Origin: an uncultured Chitinophagaceae bacterium
Lineage (GTDB): Bacteria; Bacteroidota; Bacteroidia; Chitinophagales; Chitinophagaceae
Direction: 5' to 3'
NCBI GenBank assembly: GCA_963762655.1
Contig: CAVXLU010000005.1
Span: 2,062,760 to 2,126,759 of the forward strand
DNA length: 64,000 nucleotides
Every line of letters begins with the position of its first letter. Positions within the stretch are counted from its first letter, which is position 1. The translations under genes and the position numbers were made by a program. This document shows, one piece after another, positions 9,030 through 17,588 of this stretch. The notes beneath the pieces were generated by a model, which saw only the letters and a program-made list of their open reading frames with translations, had not been told where the DNA came from and did not search any database.

Positions 9030-9123
9030 GAGGAAGAGAAAGAGAAGAGGAGGAGAAAGAGCAAGAGAGTTAAGGAGGCGTAAAGCCTGTCTGTAACTCC
9101 TCTTCCTCCCTTTCTCTTTCTAT
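9030..9123. repeat. purine-arm / pyrimidine-arm imperfect inverted repeat (element B)
   Basis: The purine arm (9030-9072, GAGGAAGAGAAAGAGAAGAGGAGGAGAAAGAGCAAGAGAGTTA) faces the pyrimidine arm (9094-9123, TAACTCCTCTTCCTCCCTTTCTCTTTCTAT). It shares TTTCTCTTTCTA with element A. Confidence 0.75.
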
Positions 9124-9881
9124 TTGTGCATTTGTACCTGATGCGCAAAGATCACACTGACGAAAAATCTGTCAACTCTGTCTTCCGGTGCGTTGGCGGT
9201 CTTTTGGAAATTGTTTGTTCTCCAGCCTTTTTTGCTGAAGCTGCCGGTGTATCCCGCCACCAGTCCAATAGCGTGAGAAGGACACATGGGCGCCTTGAAA
9301 CTTGCTCCCACGCCGACCCGGTAATTGAAAAAAGTGTTTCTGAATTTAGCGGGTTCTACAGAATTCCGTCCTTCCGCAGTGCCGATGAGGTCATCAAAGT
9401 CCACGTTGGTTTTGTCGGAGAAAAAACGAGCCTGATATGTTTCTACTCCCAGTCCTACAAAAGGATAGAGCATGGCGATCTTGTTATTGAGCACATTATA
9501 ACCCGCATCGGCAGTGATGCCAAGGAATCTCATGCCGCTCCTTTTCTTAGAAAGATTATTTACGGAAGTACCGCCCTGTAGGGATCCCGCGGCCACCACA
9601 TGATCTCTTTCCTTGATCCAGCCCATTTGTAGGGTAGCCATATGTTGTTTCAATTGATTGTATTGGGGGAATTGCCCCATCCGGTTGTTGAGACCCGAGA
9701 AATTTTGCCAGGTGGCTCCGATCCCATTGGCAGCCATCGGAAGATAAGCAGACGGATTTTTTTTGAACTCATCCATCTTTTCGTGATAATATTTTTTTCT
9801 GTCCTCCATGCTCATTTTCTTTTTCTGTGCAAAAGAAATAAGGGAGATAAAAAGAAGTAGTGATGTGCAGATGGCCTTCAT
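9120..9881 (-). CDS. hypothetical secreted / outer-membrane protein
   Basis: 253 aa with signal peptide MKAICTSLLLFISLISFAQ and glycine/aromatic-rich, beta-strand-like alternation. No family recognised. Confidence 0.5.
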   Translation of the reverse strand: MKAICTSLLLFISLISFAQKKKMSMEDRKKYYHEKMDEFKKNPSAYLPMAANGIGATWQNFSGLNNRMGQFPQYNQLKQHMATLQMGWIKERDHVVAAGSLQGGTSVNNLSKKRSGMRFLGITADAGYNVLNNKIAMLYPFVGLGVETYQARFFSDKTNVDFDDLIGTAEGRNSVEPAKFRNTFFNYRVGVGASFKAPMCPSHAIGLVAGYTGSFSKKGWRTNNFQKTANAPEDRVDRFFVSVIFAHQVQMHK

Positions 9882-10028
9882 AGCTTGTGTTTTTAATTAA
9901 ATGAATTAACAGCAGGAAAGGAATATAGTTTGGTATAGCTTAATAATGGGCAATTCCTATACCACCTTCCGTTGCTTTTAATACATACGGATCCCAGCGA
10001 CAAATCGTTGAACTTTGAAGGATTTTAA

Positions 10029-10054
10029 ACAAAAAAGGCTGCCCGGGCAGCCTT
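10029..10054 (-). terminator. intrinsic terminator of the 10059..10646 gene
   Basis: AAGGCTGCCCGGGCAGCCTT is a perfect GC-rich hairpin. On the minus strand it is followed by a T run (plus-strand A run at 10030-10036), immediately after the stop. Confidence 0.7.
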
Positions 10055-10058
10055 GACA

Positions 10059-10646
10059 TCAGGGTTTCACTTTCTTCCCAAGGGCCTTACCCGCATCTGC
10101 ATATGCCTCTGCGAGCCGGACTCCGGTATCGTAGTCATTACCCCCAAAGGTTCTGCCCAGGGCGTCATTGACCGAAAGTTTGGCGAGCACCTTATCTCTA
10201 TTTTCGGTTTCAACGAACCATACTTCCGCGTCTATCCGGGCGTTCTTCCGCGTGATGTATATATTGAACCCGGGTTCCATAAAAGTGGTTTTGAAGATCA
10301 GGGTGTATTTAGCGTTCTTGTTGATTCCCAGGCCACTGTGTTTACTAAATAGTTCGTCGAATTTCGGCTGAAACACGAATTCACGGTCATTTATCCAACT
10401 TTTCTTCCAGTTGTCTCCACGACCGGGTTCTTTTTTGTTATAATCCTCCACCTTCTTGTTCACATAGTCCTCCTCCTTGTCGTATTTTCCAATGCGCATG
10501 TTGTCGTAAGTGAATTCGGTGTTAATCGAAGATTGGCCGTTTAGGAAGCCAAGGTCACCTTCGGTAACCTTAATTCGCTGGGCTTCGGAAGAAAGGCTCA
10601 TGGCAGCCATCAGGATAGATCCGGCTAATGCAGCTTTAAGTGTCAT
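10059..10646 (-). CDS. hypothetical secreted protein
   Basis: 195 aa with signal peptide MTLKAALAGSILMAAMSLSSEAQ. It has its own terminator. No family recognised. Confidence 0.5.
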   Translation of the reverse strand: MTLKAALAGSILMAAMSLSSEAQRIKVTEGDLGFLNGQSSINTEFTYDNMRIGKYDKEEDYVNKKVEDYNKKEPGRGDNWKKSWINDREFVFQPKFDELFSKHSGLGINKNAKYTLIFKTTFMEPGFNIYITRKNARIDAEVWFVETENRDKVLAKLSVNDALGRTFGGNDYDTGVRLAEAYADAGKALGKKVKP

Positions 10647-10694
10647 TTGGGTTTTTTTTGATGAAGTTAAAGCGTAAATGTAGGAGAAATCACC

Positions 10695-10910
10695 TCAACG
10701 GGAGGCCTTTGTTGTTTCATGCAAAATTTGCCATCCTTTGATAGTATCCCGCCTCCCGACATGCATGTCACGAACATTTATTTCTGCGGCGACCCCGTCA
10801 AATGCGTTTTCCACTTTCACCAGTTCCCTGATGGATGGCTGAGCCACCAGATGTTGAGTCGTGCCGGACATAAGTAAAATAAATATGATGCGTATTCGAT
10901 TAATAAGCAT
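10695..10910 (-). CDS. small hypothetical secreted protein (possibly a truncated gene)
   Basis: 71 aa with an N-terminal hydrophobic signal-like segment. Support is weak. Confidence 0.3.
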   Translation of the reverse strand: MLINRIRIIFILLMSGTTQHLVAQPSIRELVKVENAFDGVAAEINVRDMHVGRRDTIKGWQILHETTKASR

Positions 10911-11172
10911 TGTCCCTGATTTGAACGAAAAGTTAATGAATTGTGATAAAAGAGGAATATCCGTAAAAAGGTGTTACTCTGCATAGGGGTGAATCACCCC
11001 GGGATTGTTGTTAAGAGAACCGGAAGCCTGAATTCGGGCTAAATAATACCGGTGATCGATAAACGACATTCAACATTTTGCAATGATACCAACTATTATC
11101 CTTTGGCTGGTCGGGAAATACAAGACCAACCAAAAACAAAGCGCCGCCGGGCGTGATTCTGCAGGTTCTCCA

Positions 11173-11793
11173 ATGAGGTTCTTCAGGAAGAAGGCGATTT
11201 TAATTCTAAGTGGCATGTGTCTTTTAGGTACTGCCATATCACAGGAACAATCACTGGTATACAACGTCGTCTATCATGGTAACCAGATAGGGAAGATGAA
11301 GGTGTCTCAATTGAAAAAAGGGGATGACCTGTACATGAAAGTGAACACCAACACCTCTCTGAGGATGATCCTGAGCATCAAGGTAAATCAGGAAGAGGAA
11401 TCTCATTTCAGAAACGGAAAAATGCTTTACTCCACTGTGAAGCGTAGTGTTAACGGCAAGGAAAAAGCAAATCGCCATACTGTATCTGCCGCGAATGGCT
11501 ACCAGCTTGATAAAGAAGGAAAACGTGCTGCGGGCAGCCAGGCACCGATCATCTATAATGTTCACCTGCTGTTAAGAAATGAACCGCGGAATCTCCAGAA
11601 AGTGTATTCCGACAATTACCAGGAGTACCTCAGCGTAGAAAAACTTGCCGAACATAAATACCGGCTCAAGCTTCCCGATGGCAATTACAATATTTATTAC
11701 TTTCGGAATGGCATATGCGAAGCTCTTGAGATCAACCATTCCATGTACACTCTTCATATCGCACTTGAAACACCAATGATCGCAGCCAATTAA
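11173..11793 (+). CDS. hypothetical secreted protein (DUF3108/DUF6134-like, tentative)
   Basis: ORF 11083..11793. The internal start at 11173 gives a signal peptide, MRFFRKKAILILSGMCLLGTAISQ. The family call is tentative. Confidence 0.45.
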   Translation: MRFFRKKAILILSGMCLLGTAISQEQSLVYNVVYHGNQIGKMKVSQLKKGDDLYMKVNTNTSLRMILSIKVNQEEESHFRNGKMLYSTVKRSVNGKEKANRHTVSAANGYQLDKEGKRAAGSQAPIIYNVHLLLRNEPRNLQKVYSDNYQEYLSVEKLAEHKYRLKLPDGNYNIYYFRNGICEALEINHSMYTLHIALETPMIAAN

Positions 11794-11813
11794 CCCCATT
11801 TAAAATTTTTCAA

Positions 11814-12803
11814 ATGCACATCATGGTTACCGGCGCAACCGGCTTCATCGGGAGAGAACTATGTCTTCATCTCGCTAACCAAAGTCATGTAGTTCATGCC
11901 TTCTGCCGTTCCGAAAATCATCCTCTTCTTCCTTCACACGTCAATATCCGTCCTTTCAAAGGAGACATCCTGGATCCTCAATCAATTCACGAGGCAATGA
12001 AAGGATGTGCCCAGGTTTATCATACAGCCGCACTCGCAAAACTGTGGACAAAAGATGCTTCAGATTTTTTTGACGTAAATGTTATCGGAACGCGGAATGT
12101 ACTTGAAGCCTGCCTGGCCAACAAGGTGAAAAGAGTGGTTCATACTTCTACCTGCGGGGTTTGGGGCCCCACGCTAAAACTTCCCGTAAGTGAAAACGAT
12201 CCACGCATCGCCGGTTTCCCAATTCCCTACGAGCGCACGAAATTTCTGGCCGAACTCGAAGTAAAGGCCGCATGTGCCAAGGGACTGAATGCTGTGATCG
12301 TAAATCCCTCCCGCGTTTATGGTAAGGGTCCGGTTACTGCGAGCAATACGGTTGGCAAAATGGTCAGCGCCTATGTGCAGGGACGATGGCGAATTAATCC
12401 TGCCGGGGGCAAGCAGGTTTCTAATTATGCATACCTCAACGATGTTGTTCGTGGGCATGTGGCCGCTATGGAAAAAGGCATAATTGGTGAGCGCTATATT
12501 CTGGGCGGGGAAGACATTAGTTTTGACCAACTCTTCCACCAGATCGGTGAGGCTTCCGGTAGAAAATACCGGCTGGTAAACGTTTCCGCCGCTATGATCA
12601 AGTGGTACAGCAGAATAGAATGGCTGAAGACCACTCTGACCGGGATACCGCCTTTTTTGCTTCCCGAATTTGCAGATCGCCTCCGCTTCGATCAGCGATA
12701 TAGCAGTCAGAAAGCCGTACGTGATCTGGGATACACCATCACGCCATTCAACGAAGGGATAAGAGATACAGTTACTTATATTCAATCAACCAGTCATGTT
12801 TGA
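11814..12803 (+). CDS. NAD-dependent epimerase/dehydratase family (extended SDR) protein
   Basis: 329 aa with Rossmann motif VTGATGFIGRELC and an extended-SDR YxxxK region (YERTKFLAE). Confidence 0.85.
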   Translation: MHIMVTGATGFIGRELCLHLANQSHVVHAFCRSENHPLLPSHVNIRPFKGDILDPQSIHEAMKGCAQVYHTAALAKLWTKDASDFFDVNVIGTRNVLEACLANKVKRVVHTSTCGVWGPTLKLPVSENDPRIAGFPIPYERTKFLAELEVKAACAKGLNAVIVNPSRVYGKGPVTASNTVGKMVSAYVQGRWRINPAGGKQVSNYAYLNDVVRGHVAAMEKGIIGERYILGGEDISFDQLFHQIGEASGRKYRLVNVSAAMIKWYSRIEWLKTTLTGIPPFLLPEFADRLRFDQRYSSQKAVRDLGYTITPFNEGIRDTVTYIQSTSHV

Positions 12804-13581
12804 CAATGCCGCCATGGTCACGGGAGCCAGCGAAGGCCTCGGCAAATCTTTTGCGATCGAACTGGCCTCAAGAGGCATAGACCTGGTATTGGTAGCCCTT
12901 CCGGGGACGGGGCTGCCGCAGCTCGCATCATTCCTGGAAAAGAATTTTGATATCAGAGTCATTTGGTTTGAGAGGGATCTTACAACACCTGACGCCTGTC
13001 ACCAACTTTTCTATGCGCTAAACGCCAGGCAAATCACCATTTCTATTCTGATCAATAATGCCGGTGTTGGTAATCTTGCCCTGTTCGAGGAAAAGACCGC
13101 TGCGTTCTACAAAATGCAGATTGAGTTGAATTCCATAATTCCCGTTATGATGACAAGACATTTTCTCGCGCAGATCGACAGGAATCTTCAAAACCACATT
13201 CTCAATGTCGGCAGCCTCGGTGGTCGTTTTATGGTTCCGCGCAAACTGGTGTATGGTGCCACCAAATCCTTCATCCGTTATTTTACAAAGTCGCTTCGTT
13301 CCGAGATGGCTGGCAGCTCCGTATCCATCAGCCTGCTGAGCCCGGGAGGCATTGGAACCAAACCCGAACTTCTGGTAATGAATGCCAAAATGAATGCACT
13401 GGCACGGGCAAGCATTCTGGAGCCGGAAATGGTTGCGCGAATCGCCATTGACGGGATGCTACGTGGGAAGACTGAAATTATACCTGGCAGGCTTAATCGC
13501 TTCTTTTTACTCATCAACAACATAGTTCCGGAAAACCTTAAATCGTGGGTGATAAGAAGGCAGCTTAAAACTGGTGTATAG
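12796..13581 (+). CDS. SDR family oxidoreductase (classical short-chain dehydrogenase)
   Basis: 261 aa with VTGASEGLGKSF, NNAG and YGATKSF motifs. It overlaps the upstream gene by 8 nt, suggesting an operon. Confidence 0.85.
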   Translation: MFDNAAMVTGASEGLGKSFAIELASRGIDLVLVALPGTGLPQLASFLEKNFDIRVIWFERDLTTPDACHQLFYALNARQITISILINNAGVGNLALFEEKTAAFYKMQIELNSIIPVMMTRHFLAQIDRNLQNHILNVGSLGGRFMVPRKLVYGATKSFIRYFTKSLRSEMAGSSVSISLLSPGGIGTKPELLVMNAKMNALARASILEPEMVARIAIDGMLRGKTEIIPGRLNRFFLLINNIVPENLKSWVIRRQLKTGV

Positions 13582-13715
13582 CGGGCCGGTAAAAAATTAC
13601 CGCACTAAGGCGAGGGTCATCGGTGTTGATTTTTTTTTGAAAGCCGGGCGACACAATTTTCTGTTTTCATTTTGGTAGTGAAGTTCATACCTTCGAAATA
13701 CAACGTGCGCTAAAT

Positions 13716-15455
13716 ATGGGAGATCTCCAGATCAAAAAGCAGACGAAAAAATACGATGCCATAATTGTAGGTTCCGGTGCAGGAGGAGGAATGGCAGCAC
13801 ATACTTTGGCCCATGCAGGCCTAAAGGTTTGCCTGCTGGAGGCGGGACCGGATTATGATCCGGCGCTGCATTCCGCGCAGCTTAAGTTTGCCTGGGAGTC
13901 GCCCAGGCGTGGCGCCTCCACGACGTTCCGCCCCTTCGGTGATTTTGACGGAGCTTTTCACGGATGGAGCATTGGTGGCGAGCCCTATGTAAGAGCCACC
14001 GGCACCGAATGGGAATGGTTCCGCGCCAGAATGGTCGGTGGCCGTACCAATCATTGGGGAAGGATCTCCCTTCGCTTCGGACCCAAAGATTTTAAAAGAA
14101 AAAGCATCGATGGCCTTGGAGACAACTGGCCGATCGGCTATGAAGATGTCAAACCATTTTACGATCGCATAGATAAAACACTCGGCATCTTCGGTACCAA
14201 TGAAGGCCTCCCAAATGATCCCGATGGGTTTTTTATGCCTCCGCCCAAACCCAGGCTTCATGAAATGTTTATCAAGAAGGCGGCCAAAGGCGTTGGTGTT
14301 CCGGTTATACCATCTCGTCTTTCCATCCTGACCAAGCCTGTCAATAACGAACGCGGATCCTGCTTCTATTGTGCGCAGTGCGGACGCAGTTGTAAGGTTT
14401 ATGCCGACTTCTCCTCCTCGTCCTGCCTGGTAAAACCAGCGCTGGCTACCGGCAATGTAGACCTCGTCGTTGGGGCCATGGTCCGGGAGGTGCTGACAAA
14501 TAAAGAGGGACTGGCTACTGGTGTTTCGTATGTGGGCAAATCGGACCTGCAGGAATACGAGGTAAGCGGGAGAGCCGTGATCGTAGCCGCGAGCACCTGT
14601 GAAACGGCCCGGCTCCTTTTAAATTCAAAATCTCCACGTCATCCCAACGGCCTGGCCAATTCGAGCGGGGTAGTGGGCAAATACCTGCATGATTCAACCG
14701 GTGCCAGTATGAGCGGATTCGTTCCGTCCTTGCTGGGACGTAAAAGATACAATGAAGATGGCGTTGGTGGCGCCCACATTTACACCCCCTGGTGGCTGGA
14801 CAACAAGAAGCTGGATTTTCCTCGCGGCTATCATATCGAATACGGCGGCGGCATGTCCATGCCAATGTATGGATTCAACTGGGACATCGATAAAAACAAT
14901 GGCAAGTATTCGCCTTCGGGAGAAAAAGAAGCAGGAGGTTATGGCAAGTCATTGAAGGAAGACGTCCGGTTCTTTTATGGGGCCCAGGTGCATATGGCCG
15001 GCAGGGGAGAAGCTCTTCCGCGCGAAACCAATTATTGCGAGATCGATCCGACAACCGTGGACAAATATGGCATTCCTGTGCTTCGCTTCCATGTGAAGCA
15101 TTCCGAGTATGAAATCAAACAGGCCAAGCACATGAAGGAAACCTTCCATGAGATCTTTCATAGTATGGGTGCGATAGTCACTTCCAATGAGAGTGGGAAC
15201 AGCGATGCCAATCAGTGGGGTCTGGAAAAGCCTGGAAAAATCATTCATGAAGCGGGTACCGTTCGCATGGGTGACGATCCCCGCAAATCGGCGTTGAACA
15301 AATGGAACCAGGCCCATGAATGCAAGAACCTGTTCTGCGTGGACGGCAGTGCTTTTGTATCGCAGGCCGACAAGAACATCACCTGGACTATATTGGCGCT
15401 TTCGCTGAGGGCGAGCGAGTACCTGATTGACGAAATGAAAAAGAACAATATCTAA
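13716..15455 (+). CDS. GMC family FAD-dependent oxidoreductase (sugar dehydrogenase flavoprotein subunit)
   Basis: 579 aa with FAD fold [32 protein letters not shown] and a GMC C-terminal region (HEAGTVRMG). No signal peptide. Confidence 0.9.
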   Translation: MGDLQIKKQTKKYDAIIVGSGAGGGMAAHTLAHAGLKVCLLEAGPDYDPALHSAQLKFAWESPRRGASTTFRPFGDFDGAFHGWSIGGEPYVRATGTEWEWFRARMVGGRTNHWGRISLRFGPKDFKRKSIDGLGDNWPIGYEDVKPFYDRIDKTLGIFGTNEGLPNDPDGFFMPPPKPRLHEMFIKKAAKGVGVPVIPSRLSILTKPVNNERGSCFYCAQCGRSCKVYADFSSSSCLVKPALATGNVDLVVGAMVREVLTNKEGLATGVSYVGKSDLQEYEVSGRAVIVAASTCETARLLLNSKSPRHPNGLANSSGVVGKYLHDSTGASMSGFVPSLLGRKRYNEDGVGGAHIYTPWWLDNKKLDFPRGYHIEYGGGMSMPMYGFNWDIDKNNGKYSPSGEKEAGGYGKSLKEDVRFFYGAQVHMAGRGEALPRETNYCEIDPTTVDKYGIPVLRFHVKHSEYEIKQAKHMKETFHEIFHSMGAIVTSNESGNSDANQWGLEKPGKIIHEAGTVRMGDDPRKSALNKWNQAHECKNLFCVDGSAFVSQADKNITWTILALSLRASEYLIDEMKKNNI

Positions 15456-15468
15456 TCAATATTCAGTC

Positions 15469-16131
15469 ATGAACAGAAGAGATTCGATCAAAGCCTTTGT
15501 TGTAGGAACTGTCTCTGCGGGTGTGCTGGCGGAAGCCTGCGAAACCGCTGACAAAAAAACCATTGCACCGCCGGCAACGGAAGCAAAGGCGCCCGAAGCC
15601 ACCAGGATGCCCGAGGAAAAGGAATGGGAAGAGAATATCGCGAAGATGAAGTTTTTTACGCCGGCCGAGATGGCAACTGTGGCGATACTCACGGACATCA
15701 TCATCCCAAAAGATGAAAAGAGCGGCAGCGCTACCGATGCAAAGGTTCCGGAGTTCATTAACTTCATTGCCCTGGACAAACCCGATTTTCAGACACCCCT
15801 TCGCGGAGGCCTCCGTTGGCTGGACCTGACCTGCATGAAGACCCATGAAAAGCCGTTCAGCGAATGCTCAGCTGATCAACAGATTGCCATTGTTGATCTG
15901 ATTGCTTATCCGAACAAGGTAAAGGCAGGGTTTGAACAAGGCACGGCATTTTTTTCGTTGCTTAGGAGTCTTACCGTCACAGGATTTTACACCAGTGAGA
16001 TCGGATACAAGGATATCGGCTATGTAGGCAACAAGCCCAACCAATGGAATGGCGTTCCGGACGATGTACTTAAACAATATAATATTGCCTACTCCGAAAA
16101 GGAGCTAAAGGAGTGCGTGAGTTTTAGCTAA
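15469..16131 (+). CDS. gluconate 2-dehydrogenase subunit 3 family protein (Tat-signal small subunit)
   Basis: 220 aa with the twin-arginine N-terminus MNRRDSIKAFVVGTVSAGVLA. It lies 13 nt downstream of the GMC gene. Confidence 0.85.
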   Translation: MNRRDSIKAFVVGTVSAGVLAEACETADKKTIAPPATEAKAPEATRMPEEKEWEENIAKMKFFTPAEMATVAILTDIIIPKDEKSGSATDAKVPEFINFIALDKPDFQTPLRGGLRWLDLTCMKTHEKPFSECSADQQIAIVDLIAYPNKVKAGFEQGTAFFSLLRSLTVTGFYTSEIGYKDIGYVGNKPNQWNGVPDDVLKQYNIAYSEKELKECVSFS

Positions 16132-16273
16132 AACATTCAGTCTGTCGAATAATTTCGCATGAAAATGCCGGAATAAAACATTTGGCACAATGCCCACAAT
16201 GGCAATGGCTTTTTTCGCGGGATTCTTGATTTAAAACGGTTAAGCCTCGGATACTTCCTCACACCCATCACTG

Positions 16274-16750
16274 TTGATGGCCAGCTGGCCGAATGGACGA
16301 CTTAAAGTTCCATTTCCCTTTTTCAACGAAAGCATGACTGGATTCGAATACTCCGCCGCTATAGGCATGTTGTATCAGAATTTGGAAACGGAAGCCGAAA
16401 AATGTATTTCGGCTATACGTAGCCGTTTCGATGGCGGAAAACGAAACCCTTTTGATGAACCCGAATGCGGACAGTATTATGCCCGGTCCATGACCAGCTG
16501 GGGTACTTTACTGGCCTGGACGAATTTTCACTATTCCGCGGTCGACAAGAGCATGTCGTTCGGAAAACGTAACGGCAAGTTCTTCTGGAGCAATGGTTAT
16601 GCCTGGGGTACCGTAGAGATCAGCGAAACCGATAGCCGCCTGACAGTGCTTCATGGTTCACTCGATCTGAAAAAACTGGCCGTAGGTGGTAAAAATATTC
16701 AAATCAAGAAAGCGGTGATCGCTGAGGGCCAGACAATCGCTTTGCGATAA
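16274..16750 (+). pseudogene. C-terminal remnant of a GH116-type beta-glucosidase (GBA2-like)
   Basis: The 158-aa ORF begins at a TTG and matches only the C-terminal catalytic-domain end of ~800-aa GH116 enzymes (FNESMTGFEYSAAIGMLY...RSRFDGGKRNPFDEPECGQYYARSMTSW). No N-terminal coding sequence lies upstream, and an in-frame TAA is at ~16237. Confidence 0.6.
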
Positions 16751-16800
16751 ATAAAAAACCAAAAATCAAAAAGAAAAATTGGCAGATCAAATGTATTCTG

Positions 16801-16808
16801 TATTTTTG
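16801..16808 (+). promoter_or_regulatory. candidate -7 promoter element TATTTTTG for the SRPBCC gene
   Basis: Exact TAnnTTTG match 44 nt upstream of the ATG at 16852. Confidence 0.35.
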
Positions 16809-16824
16809 TAACCGTTCGGTTACA
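16807..16824. promoter_or_regulatory. perfect 8-2-8 palindrome TGTAACCG-TT-CGGTTACA (candidate operator or 5' hairpin)
   Basis: Read directly from the sequence. It overlaps the 3' end of the -7 motif, so it sits at the expected transcription start. Confidence 0.4.
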
Positions 16825-16851
16825 TATTTAATGATACCTCAATAACACATT

Positions 16852-17289
16852 ATGAGTACTTCTCCATTTGTCATTGAAAGAATTTATAACTCCCCGGTTG
16901 ACAAGGTGTGGGATGCGATTACAAATGTTCAGAAAATGCGAGAATGGTATTTTGATCTTCCCGCGTTCGAAGCAAGGGTTGGTTTTACATTCAGCTTCAG
17001 AGGGAAGGGTTCCAAGGGTGAGGAATATGTTCACCTTTGCGAAGTTGTTGAAGTGGTTGAACTGGAAAAAATCAGCTATACCTGGCGATATGAAGGCTAT
17101 GCAGGAAACTCTACGGTGAGTTTTGAATTGTTTCCTGAGGACGAACAAACGCGAATCCGTTTAACGCACGCAGGGCTGGAATCTTTCTCGCAAAATGGGG
17201 CTGATTTCACTGCATCAAGTTTCGCAGCTGGCTGGACGGAAATTATTGGCAACTCGCTGGAAAAGTATCTTGAGAAAGTAAAAGACTAA
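16852..17289 (+). CDS. SRPBCC domain protein (AHSA1 / activator of Hsp90 ATPase homologue-like)
   Basis: 145 aa. FVIERIYNSPVDKVWDAITNVQKMREWYFD is a typical AHSA1-family N-terminus. Confidence 0.85.
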   Translation: MSTSPFVIERIYNSPVDKVWDAITNVQKMREWYFDLPAFEARVGFTFSFRGKGSKGEEYVHLCEVVEVVELEKISYTWRYEGYAGNSTVSFELFPEDEQTRIRLTHAGLESFSQNGADFTASSFAAGWTEIIGNSLEKYLEKVKD

Positions 17290-17317
17290 AAATGCATGTG
17301 CCGTTGATGGCAATTGA

Positions 17318-17353
17318 TTCACGCAAAGGAGAAGAGGGTTTCACGCGAAGGCC
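17318..17353. repeat. TTCACGCAAAGG / TTTCACGCGAAGG motif pair (left flank of the IS)
   Basis: TTCACGCAAAGG lies at 17318-17329 and TTTCACGCGAAGGCC at 17339-17353. Their reverse complements occur twice on the right flank (18709-18748). Confidence 0.6.
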
Positions 17354-17463
17354 TTTAGATCAAAGTAGTCTTTTTCAGAAAATTTATAGCGTTGAATTGG
17401 GAAGCCTCAAATTTGTGAAAGAGAATGGGGTGAACTTTGCGAAGGCATAGACTCGCGGTCTAT

Positions 17464-17565
17464 TTTGCGTATCAGTCCCCATCCTCCTTCACGGTTGCCA
17501 AGGCCCATTTAGAATAGTAAGTCCTTGAAGACTAATTAAAGGTCTTAGGCTAGGCAACTTTTTTT
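17464..17565 (+). ncRNA. candidate IS110 bridge (guide) RNA in the non-coding left end
   Basis: The 5' non-coding ~120 nt contain a long-range stem GTTGCC (17494-17499) / GGCAAC (17553-17558) followed by a T7 run (17559-17565). An inner hairpin AAGAC...GTCTT lies at 17528-17546. Internal loops carry TTAGAATA (17509-17516), identical to 18629-18636 at the right end. Confidence 0.3.
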
Positions 17566-17588
17566 AAGTAACCTTAAAAATTAAAGTT

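Noticed and set aside
12174-12785. Long antisense ORFs inside well-supported genes. Examples are 12174..12785, 41948..42616, 45842..46357, 52125..52691, 2748..3305, 22029..22526 and 27472..27945.
   Set aside because: Each lies entirely opposite a CDS with clear family signatures. Their translations are low-complexity or Arg/Pro/Gly-rich with no recognisable motifs. They are typical shadow ORFs of moderately GC-rich coding DNA.
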